Shown in pieces: positions 1-10,635 of a stretch of DNA of 33,902 bases. How positions within the stretch are numbered: position 1 is the first letter of the stretch; each line of letters starts with the position of its first letter. Both the position numbers and the translations under genes were made by a program. Origin of the DNA: Reclinomonas americana ATCC 50394. Taxonomy: Eukaryota. Location of the stretch: assembly GCA_048213135.1 (NCBI GenBank), contig PS015374.1, forward strand, positions 1 to 33,902, in the 5' to 3' direction. The notes under the pieces were generated by a model that had not been told where the DNA came from, made no database searches, and worked only from the letters and a program-made list of their open reading frames with translations.

Positions 1-94
1 GACACGAGACGACGTCCGCCGACCGACGACGACGTACCGTACCGCCGACGACGACACACGTACTACGTACGGTAAGAAGTACGTACGTACGTCG

Positions 95-96
<2 letters not shown>

Positions 97-190
<94 letters not shown>
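97..190. repeat. (GT)n microsatellite, intronic
   Basis: Uninterrupted GT run shortly before the polypyrimidine tract and the CAG acceptor at 213-215. Confidence 0.95.
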
Positions 191-191
<1 letters not shown>

Positions 192-215
192 GTGTCTCAT
201 TCCTCTTTTCCGCAG

Positions 216-2016
216 AACACGGAGCTCCCGGTGCATTCCATTATTCTCGTGACTGCCTCTGACTACTTTGCCGAGGCCTTGCAGGGAGAAGGTTTGTAAC
301 GAACACTTGCTGTGATGGTAACTCTGTTATCTGTATCCACGACGGTCGCTGACACAGGTCAATGGACAGAGCAACAGGCGAGTGTGCTGAGGCGACCCAA
401 TGTGGCCACGGTGAGAGTGCCCTTTACCCCCGCACTCCAAACATGGGTCTGCACTTATCAGCGTTGCGTGCAGAGCATCATGGTGCAGATTCTTCGCTTC
501 ATCTACTGCGGCTGCATCACATTTGACGACCAAAGTGTGTTTCCGCTGCTGGCCGCCAGTGACGAAATGATGCTCTCTGATCTCGTGCAGCGCCTGGTGG
601 AGCACGTGCAGAGCCTCATCACACCTGCCACTGCCATTTCCATCATGGAATCGTGTGATGACATCGGCAGTCGGTTCGACCACCTGCAGGACCAGTGCCT
701 GAGGGTTATTGCGCAGAACGCGCGAGTGGTGCTTTTCAGCGCACCGTTCGAGCAGTGCCGCGTGGATTCGACGTGCAAAATTCTGCGACGCGAAGACTTG
801 TTCGTCACCGAAGACGAAGTGTGGAGAGCGATTGTGGCTCGGGCGGGGTGCGAATCCATCTGTATGTGTCTCTGTGGATGTGTGAAAAGTGATGACCTCA
901 CGCTGCTCGTTGTTCGTGTGTTTTATTTTACTCAGGGCAATGCTGTCGATTGGGCCAATCGCTAGTGTGCTGGATTTGACTGAAGAACAAAGACTGCAGA
1001 TGGAGGAGTCCGTCCGTGAGACCATCAAGCACTTGCGACTGTATCACGTGTCAAAGGAACGGTGAGTCCAGTTGCTATCCATTCAAGATCTGCAAGCAAG
1101 TTAACGCATGCGTTTTACCGTCGCTCGTGTGGCAGATTCGACCGTGTGCGGCGCAGTAAGCTTGTGCCGGCACATCGCATCCACATGTGGGCCACGTACT
1201 TGGCAGATCCCGAGCATTTTGACTGCGAGATCCAGGAGGACAGAGTGTTGCCGACACGCCTTGGGCAGCCGTCGACAGTTCTCTGGAGTCTCACGGAACA
1301 CGCACCGGAGTTCCAAGTCGCTGCCGACTGCCTATCCGTGGTCAACACTTGTGCGTCAGCGTGGCAAGGATGCATCCTGGCGCCCACGCTCAACTTTGGT
1401 TCCATGGACAACCTGGAAGTCAGGTGCGCGCGTCTCTCGTGGCATTACGTGTCGGGACCTGGTGTCTATCGTCGCTGACTGTTTCCTTCCTCATGTACAC
1501 AGACTGCGTGTGTCGTTCACCGGTGTAGGCGATTACTACTCCATGGTGGGATTCGTCAATGGAGCGGCCGCGGAGTCTCTCGTCGTCGTGGATACTGTCG
1601 TACACGGCAGCCCCCATGCGCTGCTCGTGCATCATCGCAGCGGAGCGCCCAATCCAGTCCTGTACCCGGTTCGTGGGGGAAATGGACAATTTTCAGCTGT
1701 TGCGTGAGCTGTGTTGATGCGCTTCTTGCACAGGGCGACATCGGTGGCCTGGCCGCACCGATGAGTACGGACGTGAATCTCATTGTCTGCAAGTCGGCCA
1801 AGACGATTGTGTTGCGCTCGCGCGCCGATCTGGAGGAGGTGCGAACATAATACGTGACGTGATGACAGCAGCAGGTGATTGCAACTCATTTTTCGTGCCT
1901 CTGATCAGCGACTGGACGACAAGATTGGATCGTGGTCGTTCCCTGACGACCTGCGATTGTGTTTTAGCTCGCACCCGAACGCTTCGTGCACAATCGTGTC
2001 GTCGCGATGGTACTAA
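216..2016 (+). CDS. BTB/POZ-BACK domain protein with a possible C-terminal SPRY-like beta domain (5' partial, spliced)
   Basis: Spliced exons give a BTB signature (ELPVHSIILVTASDYFAEAL; ILRFIYCG...VFPLLAASDEMMLSDL) and a BACK signature (ILRREDLFVTEDEVWRAIV; IKHLRLYHV). GT-AG introns at about 292-357, 411-473, 849-935, 1062-1135, 1424-1502, 1669-1733 and 1839-1908. The last exon RLDDKIGSWSFPDDLRLCF...RWY ends at TAA 2014-2016. The last two introns are less certain. Confidence 0.8.
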
Positions 2017-2079
2017 TGTACGCAAATTCGAAAGTGGTGATATTGCACGTCTTCAGAGACGACCAAATTAATTTCGATC

Positions 2080-2743
2080 TCACAGGCGGATCACCTGACC
2101 GCTGTTCTCAACACAGGTGGCTGCGTTGAAGTTTTGGGTATGGTTGGCTACAGCAAGCTCCTGTTGCCAGGCTGCCGCGGCCAGATCACGATCCGAATCA
2201 GTCCGTCCCGTTTTTTCAATCACAGTCACGCGACACATCCACTCGGCCGGCCGGTCACCACCACGACCAGAGGAGGGTCGCGAACTGGACCCACCGTCAG
2301 CTGCTGCTGCGCTCCGATGTTGCTGGCGACGCGACGACGATGATGATCCACGGTCTCGATCGCGATCACGAGCGGACAACTTGCCGACGTCGACGTGCAC
2401 GGATCCGGACTCTGGCGTCGCCGACGGCGCTGGCGCGGAATGTGAGCGCTCGCGTGACTGACCGATCTCTCTCTCGGTTTGTCGGCACCGTGTGAACCAA
2501 GGGCATCCCACAAATGCATATGAATCTCGACGTTGCATGCACGTCTGTGAAATGCTTCGCAAAGATTGTTCGCCTCGATGTACGCGCGTGATACATGCAC
2601 GTTCCACGCTTGCGATGTTGCAATGCACCACACATATGCTTGCAATTCGAGAACATTATCGGATCCGGAGGACGACTCACGGGACGCGCCGACTCTCCGC
2701 TCACACACTCGTCGCATTCGGTGCCTCGTTGGAGAGCCTGTCC
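2080..2743 (-). CDS. 3' part of a hypothetical protein (frame uncertain, 5' end in gap)
   Basis: Long open minus-strand frames (2080-2631 ending VENSGQVIRL*, and a Cys/His-rich frame 2366-2743) face the BTB gene. No family recognised. Confidence 0.3.
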
Positions 2744-3436
2744 NNNNNNNNNNNNNNNNNNNNNNNNNNNNNNNNNNNNNNNNNNNNNNNNNNNNNNNNN
2801 NNNNNNNNNNNNNNNNNNNNNNNNNNNNNNNNNNNNNNNNNNNNNNNNNNNNNNNNNNNNNNNNNNNNNNNNNNNNNNNNNNNNNNNNNNNNNNNNNNNN
2901 NNNNNNNNNNNNNNNNNNNNNNNNNNNNNNNNNNNNNNNNNNNNNNNNNNNNNNNNNNNNNNNNNNNNNNNNNNNNNNNNNNNNNNNNNNNNNNNNNNNN
3001 NNNNNNNNNNNNNNNNNNNNNNNNNNNNNNNNNNNNNNNNNNNNNNNNNNNNNNNNNNNNNNNNNNNNNNNNNNNNNNNNNNNNNNNNNNNNNNNNNNNN
3101 NNNNNNNNNNNNNNNNNNNNNNNNNNNNNNNNNNNNNNNNNNNNNNNNNNNNNNNNNNNNNNNNNNNNNNNNNNNNNNNNNNNNNNNNNNNNNNNNNNNN
3201 NNNNNNNNNNNNNNNNNNNNNNNNNNNNNNNNNNNNNNNNNNNNNNNNNNNNNNNNNNNNNNNNNNNNNNNNNNNNNNNNNNNNNNNNNNNNNNNNNNNN
3301 NNNNNNNNNNNNNNNNNNNNNNNNNNNNNNNNNNNNNNNNNNNNNNNNNNNNNNNNNNNNNNNNNNNNNNNNNNNNNNNNNNNNNNNNNNNNNNNNNNNN
3401 NNNNNNNNNNNNNNNNNNNNNNNNNGTTGTGTGCAG

Positions 3437-4074
3437 CGGTGGTGCATACGGCGTACGAGCCGCAAGCGGAGGGCGAGCTGCGTTTGAACACGGGCGACAC
3501 GGTGAAGAATGTGCCGCGTGATGCGGACTCTGGCATGTTGCATGGCGTGCTCAATGGGCAGTCGGGCACCTTCCCGGCCTCGTGTGTGGTGTTGTACACG
3601 TCGGCGCTCAGCTTTAGCGGTGCCGTCTTTGACAGCAGTTGCGGAGGGGCGCCACCTTTTACCGCCGCTTCTCTCTCTCTCTCCCTCTCTGTGCTCACTG
3701 TTTTTGTGGGTACGAGCGCAGCCTCGATGACGTGGAGCACGCTGAAGCTGTCGGGCGATATTCCTTCTGTGGCCGACGCCTTCTCGGCGGTCGCCGTCGG
3801 CTCGACCATCTTCTTGTATGGTGGTGTCACGGAGCGCGACAACCCCGTGGCCACGCTGAGCGCCTTCAACCCAGGTTGGTGTCTCTCCTTGTGTGTCGCT
3901 GACGGCCACCCCGAGTGCCTGACGCGCAACTTCTGACGCAGAGACTGGCGTCTTCACCACGGTCGTCGGCAGCGGTGATGTACCGCAGCCGCGATTCGGT
4001 TGTGGCATTGCGGCGGTGGGACCCGAGCACTTTGTGCTGTATGGCGGTCGCCTGTCGCGCGCCTCCAACTCGCT
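3437..4074 (+). CDS. SH3 domain followed by Kelch repeats (flanked by gaps; may be the N-terminal part of the downstream gene)
   Basis: AVVHTAYEPQAEGELRLNTGDTV...GVLNGQSGTFPASCV is SH3-like. FDSTSMTWSTLKLSGDIPSVADAFSAVAVGSTIFLYGG and GDVPQPRFGCGIAAVGPEHFVLYGG are Kelch-like. Introns at 3638-3721 and about 3874-3940. Confidence 0.75.
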
Positions 4075-4094
4075 NNNNNNNNNNNNNNNNNNNN

Positions 4095-7000
4095 ACGTCT
4101 TGGTGAGTACATTGGAAATCTGTTCTGTTATCGTGTGCGGCTCACGCGAATTTTTATCTACAGTGGAGCGTTCGCATGCCGATGCCAATTTCGTGCTGTC
4201 AGTGAATCTGTCGGGCTTCCACTTGGCGCCGGGCGAGCACGCCAATGTGCCGCTGGAATCCACCAATGCGCAGATCCACAACGCCGTGACGCCATTCCCT
4301 GTTGACGACGCCTTTTATGGACTCCTCGGTGGTGCGTGTGTTTTTGTGAGCCTCTCTGCCTGCGCTCCCTCACCATGCTGATGGTGCATGTGTACAACAG
4401 ATTACAAGATTCGCCTGTACAACTACTTTGCGACCGGTGACGCCGATGTGGAGCCGGAGCGTGGCTTGCCCATTGGCAACATCTTTGTGGTGCGTCAACC
4501 GCGCTCTTCTGCATTCTATGTTTGCGATCACTGGTTACTCACCTGTCCGTCCGTCCACTAGCTGCTGCGCAAGTGTCAGTTGCTCAACTCGTCGTTCACC
4601 CCGGAGGACGTGTACCGCATGCTGCAGGAGCGCCTCGGCTTCCACCACGGTATGTGCACGCACGCCGCTCTCCGCTCGCTTCGCACACTCACCGTCGCAT
4701 ACGCAGACTTCCTCGGCAACGAGACGCTGTCGTTCTCCGAGTTCGACGACTTGCTTGGCATTGTTGCCGAGTTCATGTACGCCGACGCCTACCCGAATGA
4801 GGACAGCGCAACGTGGATGCGCAGGTGATGTAGACCACTGCACCATGCGTGTGCGACGTTGTGTGTGCGCGCGCCTATCATCGGCTAACGTACGCGGGCG
4901 ATGCAGATTGGTCGACAATTATCTGCACCCGAATGCCTTCCGGCCGTCGCAGGAGGAGGAGTTTATTCGTGAAATGTTCCAGCCGGCGATTGTGTCGTTC
5001 TGGGCCAAGTTCAGCTACAAGTTCCGACAGGTGCGGCTGCCGTTGATCGACGACGTGCTTGTCGTGCATTCAACTGTGTGTGTCTGCAGCTGTACTCGCA
5101 TTACGCGACGCTCGATGTGCTCGCCGTCTTCCAGCCCACCTGGGAGGAGGTCATTCGGTACGTGTCTGTGTGTATATGTATGTGAGATAGCACATACTCT
5201 GGCCCTTCTGTATCACTGACCCTGGTACAGGCACAATGCCGCCATCTCGCTGAACGAGTGCCTCGTGTTCCTGGAGAACTTTGATATCATGCCGCACGTC
5301 ATTCCGCGTCACATTCTCACGGCCAAGATCTTCCCGCACTGTGCCAGCGGCGTCAAGGGCAAGCCGCGTCGTCAGGGCGAGGTGTACCAACGTTGCGACG
5401 CGACTGCTCACTCATTCGCTGTGCTCTCTACCATGCGTGTGGCTCATTCTTCCCCTCTTTCATTTCACGTGCAGCCGAGGACTTTGAGCTGGACTATCCG
5501 GGCTTCCTGGAGATGCTGGTGCGCATTGCCAAGTTCGCCTACAACCGCCATCCGTACAACATCAAGTACCCGACGCTGGCCGATCAGTTCAAAGCGCTGT
5601 GCACGCTGGTGCTGGCCTTTGGCGAACCGCAGCGCTACTCAGCGTACCTCAAGCGCATTGGCCTGCGCTTGGTGATTGAGAAGGCGCAGCGTCGTGTGAC
5701 TGGCGACCCCGATGTCTCCACACCCGACGAGGTGCAGGACACGCTGCGCGACGACAAGAAGTTGCAGGGTGCGTATTGTGATGGCCGACACGTCGCACTG
5801 TGGCGAAGCTCACGCTCATGTTCCTCTTCAGACACCCTGCTTCGCATCTTTGTCTTCTACTGCTCCTACGGCGACCATTTGAACACGGATGTGCTGACGC
5901 AAGCCAAGTTCATGAAGTTCATCCGCCACATTGATGTGATGGATCCGACGCAGCTGCCAGAGTCGGCCATTGACGAAGTGTTCCAGAAAGTGGCCCGAAG
6001 CCTCAACGAGGACACCGCTTCGTCGCAGCCGTTGCGGCAGCACTCGCTGCGAAGAGCCAGTACCAGTGGCGCCGCACCTGCAGCCGCTACCAGTGCTCGC
6101 GGTCCGCCGCGCTCGGCTCGCCGCGGGTCAGTGGACTCAGACGGTGCTGCGAGCTCGTATTCTGGCACGTCGCACAGTGGCGGCACCGATGTGTCTGCAT
6201 TTGCGCGCGCCGGTCGACGGGTGCGTGCTACACACCGTCTCTTGCACGCACGCGTCACCCGCAGTTGCTAACTGTGATGTGGTGGTGTCGAAACGTAGGC
6301 GGCTGCCGGTCACTCGGATCGCGTCAACTTTGATGGCTTCCTCGACCTGCTTTCGGCGTTGGCGTCGCGCAAATTCTCCCCACTGCCGGAGGAGGAGGCC
6401 ACACACAAGCTGTTGTTCCTGCATGTGCTGCCGCGCGCCAAGCGTGTGGACCGGGTGTACACAGAGATTGACTTTTACAATCCCGGTGTGACTGAACTGA
6501 ACAACCAGTACGCGCGACAACTGCATCTGGTGAGTGTGTGAGCGTCAAACACCATCAGCGCTCTCGTCGTTCGCCAAGTATCTGACTTTTTTCTTCTCTT
6601 CCTCCCACCCAGCTATACGACACGTACTCGCAAGTCGACAAGCGCCCATCGACCGGCCAGGTGGACCTTACTCAAATGTCGCTTGCGCAGTTCACGGTCT
6701 TTGTCCGCCAGTTCGATCTTGTGCCACGAACGGTGTCGCTGGTGCAGGTCTACAAGATTTTCCGTGCGGCCAACATCAGCAAGCGGTCGGACGCCGATCC
6801 TCTGTCGCTCAGCTATACCGAGTTTGTCGAGTGCCTCGTGCGCATCTCCAACGTCGCATTTGCCAAGCATCCGTACGCGACCGAGTTGAAGACGCTTCCC
6901 GAGCGGTACCGTGCGCTGTTGCAGCGACTGGTGATTGACGACCTCAGCAACGTGCGAGTGCGTCTGGAAAAGCTGGGCCATCGACCCCGTCGTGCGGACG

Positions 7001-7260
7001 ATGCTGCCACTGCCGTGGCCTCTCCGCGACAGCAGCAGCAACAGCAGCGTGGAAGTGCCAGCGGCAGTCGAAATCTCAAGCTGCCGCCGTCGCCGTCGCA
7101 TCGCAGTGGTGGAGAGAGTGGCGAGTCGTCCCGCGCTCCGTCGGCCAGATCGTATGAGAGCCCGCTGAGCCCGGCTTCTGGGATCACTCGCGGCGGTGTG
7201 CCACCACCAGCTTCCGAGGCGGAGATGCGAGGTTCTTCAGCGTTCCCTCCTTTGCAATAA
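4095..7260 (+). CDS. Protein with four p25alpha/TPPP-like (EF-hand-related) repeats
   Basis: The best repeat is LLRIFVFYCSYGDHLNTDVLTQAKFMKFIRHIDVMDPTQLPESAIDEVFQKVA...DRVNFDGFLDLLSALASRKF. Three related units end LSFSEFDDLLGIVAEFMY, LDYPGFLEMLVRIAKFAY and LSYTEFVECLVRISNVAF. About 10 phase-consistent GT-AG introns; TAA at 7258-7260. Confidence 0.7.
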
Positions 7261-7564
7261 CTTTTATCTCTCTTGCCTGTGTGTGCTTTGTCTCTCCTCG
7301 ATCACCTCATCGTGTTATCCCGTCGGGGCGTGAGATGTGGCGAAGAGAGTGTGTGTGGCTCTGTGTGTCTTCTGCGTGTCTCTTTGTTGTACGAAAAAAT
7401 GCTCAATTCCTGTGCTTCCTCCTCGACTTTCTCTCCTCCCCGCCCTCTTCGATTCGCGATCAGTCTTCCACGCATCACCTTTCTATAATCTCACCNNNNN
7501 NNNNNNNNNNNNNNNNNNNNNNNNNNNNNNNNNNACACACACACTTGCATTAGTTCGGCACTGC

Positions 7565-8190
7565 TTATTCGGCCGTGCCGAGGAACCTCATGTAGGTATC
7601 CGACTGATCGTCGGCGTCGTCCTCCACCTCCTTCACCTTGCGCCGCTTGATTTCTGGCGGCACACTGCGCTTCATGACAGGTCGTCCAGTCTGTGTAGGC
7701 AAACAAAAGAGGTAATGAGACCGGGGAGGGAAAAACCGAACGCCGACAGTCGCCACCGCCAACCAACCTTCTTCTGCGGTCCCTCGCTGTATCGCTCCTG
7801 TGCCTTGCGTGCTCTGGCCTCCTGATCGGCCTTGAGAAGCAAGGCGTTCTTGCGACGGGCTTGTTCACGCCGCTCCTTTTCGCGCAGCTTCTCCTGCTCG
7901 GTGATCCAGTCGTTGGGGATGTGCTCCTTGAGCTTGAGCAAATCGGCCAGCTTGCGCTCAATGTCCACCAGCATCTCGAGGGCGTCGGGGTGCGACGGCT
8001 CCGCAAATCCCGCCGCAATGTACACCTTCTTCACCTCCTCCTGCAGCTCGCTGAGCGTGCTCTCTTGCTCGTGCAGACCCGCCATCTTGCTCGCCTTGGC
8101 CAGCATGTTGTCCGTGCGCTCGTTCTCCTTGTCGATGGTGTGCTGCAGACCACCAATCTGCGTCTCCAGCGCACTAATGTTCACCTCCCT

Positions 8191-8224
<34 letters not shown>

Positions 8225-9207
8225 GTGTGAGGACCTGGACCACGTGGGGGACAAAAACCGGCAACGCCTCAACGCAACATGTTGCCCTCAATGGCCTCCA
8301 GTTTCGATCGCAGTGTCTCCAGTGTCTCCTCTAGCTCCTGATTGCGCAAAATGAGGTTGAGGTTGTCCTCCTCGAGTGTCGTAAACTTCTCCAGCAGATC
8401 CTGCGGACTCTGGAAGTACATGTCCTCGTCCTCGAAATCCTCCAGGTCATCCAGCGACAACCGCGTGTCGGCCACCATCCCTTCGCCGTACGAGTCCACC
8501 ACACCGCTGGCGGCCGCCGACTCGCTGCTCTCCGCCACTCCACTCGTGCCTCGTCCTCCGGCTGCGCCGGCTGCGGCAGTAGCCGTGGTGGTTGTCGTTG
8601 TGGTCGATGTGGTGTCCACCGACGGCACCGTGTACGTCGTGCCTTGCTCGAGAGCATGTCGTCGCTGTGCGGTCGGTCNNNNNNNNNNNNNNNNNNNNNN
8701 NNNNNNNNNNNNNNNNNNNNNNNNNNNNNNNNNNNNNNNNNNNNNNNNNNNNNNNNNNNNNNNNNNNNNNNNNNNNNNNNNNNNNNNNNNNNNNNNNNNN
8801 NNNNNNNNNNNNNNNNNNNNNNNNNNNNNNNNNNNNNNNNNNNNNNNNNNNNNNNNNNNNNNNNNNNNNNNNNNNNNNNNNNNNNNNNNNNNNNNNNNNN
8901 NNNNNNNNNNNNNNNNNNNNNNNNNNNNNNNNNNNNNNNNNNNNNNNNNNNNNNNNNNNNNNNNNNNNNNNNNNNNNNNNNNNNNNNNNNNNNNNNNNNN
9001 NNNNNNNNNNNNNNNNNNNNNNNNNNNNNNNNNNNNNNNNNNNNNNNNNNNGAACACAAAAAGTGAGTGAGGGGAAAACGACTCTCTTCTCTCTCTGCTC
9101 TCTCTGCTCTCTGTGTGTGCGTGTGACGCAACAAGCTCATCGGCTGTAGGCTCGTCCTCGATCGAGCGCATCGCACGAGTGGCTGCAGCAGCTGCGCGCC
9201 CACTCAT
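7565..9207 (-). CDS. CFAP100: Cilia- and flagella-associated protein 100 (CCDC37/CCDC38 family); middle lies in the gap 8679-9051
   Basis: MYFQSPQDLLEKFTTLEEDNLNLILRNQELEETLETL and the C-terminal QEARARKAQERYSEGPQKK|TGRPVMKRSVPP match the family as I recall it. First exon MSGRAAAAATRAMRSIEDEPTADEL at 9207-9133 is inferred. Confidence 0.8.
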
Positions 9208-9389
9208 GACTTCTCGTGATGCAAACAAAACGCTCAGTGGACAGAGGCTCGCGCGTGCTGGAACTGTCCTTCACGACTTCTCTTCGTTGTTGAGCGTTCT
9301 CCTCTGTCGTTTCTCGCGCATACTCACACGCCCATCGACTGTAGAACGACTCAGCAAGCTAGCGATAGAAAAGCAGAGGAGAAAACCGG

Positions 9390-9403
9390 GTCACTGCGGT
9401 AAC
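9390..9403. promoter_or_regulatory. Candidate RFX X-box upstream of CFAP100
   Basis: GTCACT-GC-GGTAAC has one mismatch to GTNRCC-N(0-3)-RGYAAC and lies about 180 nt upstream of the ATG of a ciliary gene. Confidence 0.3.
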
Positions 9404-9418
9404 CCTCCATTTACAGTC

Positions 9419-10436
9419 ATGAAGAGAGTGTTGGCATTCGGGTATGCTCTCCGCCCTCTCACAAGTAGGGAAACAGAGAGAGACTCATGTGTTTCTCTGC
9501 GATCACAGAGACTCATTGACGAGCGGGTACCTGGGGCCTTTTGGCATGCAATCACACCCGTACAGGTCATCTTGTGTGTGTGCCTGACAACTCCATCGTG
9601 TCTCTGACGATGTGTAAGAGAGCGCAGTGACAAGTTGTCGGAGTTGTTGTCTGCAGCTGGCATTGCGTGTGTTGCGTCTTGTGTGAGTGGTTCACGATTG
9701 TCTTTTGCTGACAACTCGCCTGCATGCAGGAGGTGGTGACTGACGGCTCGCCCGGGTGGACAGCTGTCGATCTGATGCCGCGTCTTGGGCGAGCACTGAC
9801 GCGACAGGCGTTTGATGTGTGCGTGATTCTGGCGGGAACGAACGATCTGGGCGATCGGCCACCGACGGAGCGGATTGCCGAGGCCGTGCAGGCGTTGCAT
9901 GGTGAGCGATGTGTATGAGGCGGGATAGGAGGAGGAAAGATGGACTTAGTTTTGGTGATGCAAGAACGCGCGATTGCTACCGGTGCGCGGACAGTGGCCG
10001 TGACGCTGCCGCAAGCCATGTACGATCTGCCGTCGACCAGAGAGAAGAACGTCATGGCGGCGCAGGTGTCGGACATCAAGGTCGAGCTGAATGAGATTAT
10101 CCGCACGCGCATCGCCTCTCTCAGGGTCTGTTCGTCTTGTTGCTTGCTTGACGCAGCGTGTGTGTGCGCCGCCGTCTGAAGCTTGGTGCAGGGTGTGGCT
10201 GCGGTAATTGATGTCTTTGAGGCGATTCCGTTCGAGGCCGAGGGTGCCATGTGGAGCGATGGTGCGTGCGGCGATGGCGTCGCGTGTTTTGTAGCGTACT
10301 TTCTCAGTCGCTTCTGTGCACCACAGGTCTGCATTTATCCGAGCAAGGATACGACGCACTGGGACAGCTGGTGTTTGACGCGCTCAAGCCGCTCCTCACC
10401 GAGGCAGCGCCTGGCGACGAGGCAGCACCTCAGTGA
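9419..10436 (+). CDS. SGNH/GDSL-family hydrolase
   Basis: Spliced blocks: VLAFGDSLTSG (block I, split by intron 9442-9508), DGSPGWT (II), VILAGTND (III) and WSDGLHLSEQGY (V, DxxH). Five introns; TGA at 10434-10436. Confidence 0.9.
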
Positions 10437-10635
10437 CGAATACATGGGGCGCGGTTTTGCATGCAAGACGTGCGCGTGTTTCACTCTCGGTGCCTCACAC
10501 ACACACGCGCGCTCGCACACACATTGCGGCGTGACAGACAGGGAAAACAAGGGGAAAGCGTGTCAAAACATAGGCTGAACAAAAACAAAGGAAGAGGAGT
10601 GCGCTGCATGGCTCTAAAAAAAGTCACCAGAGTTC

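Noticed and set aside
1-98. GAC/GTAC/TACG quasi-repeats beside (GT)n, seen again at 28464-28510
   Set aside because: Both sit at a contig or window edge next to a GT run and cycle through T-A-C-G. This is typical pyrosequencing phase noise, not a repeat family or array.
1699-1733. Further GTTGCG donor candidates at 1699+ and 23276-
   Set aside because: Alternative donors (GTTCG at 1669, GTGCAC near 23264) fit equally well or better, so they were left out of the count.
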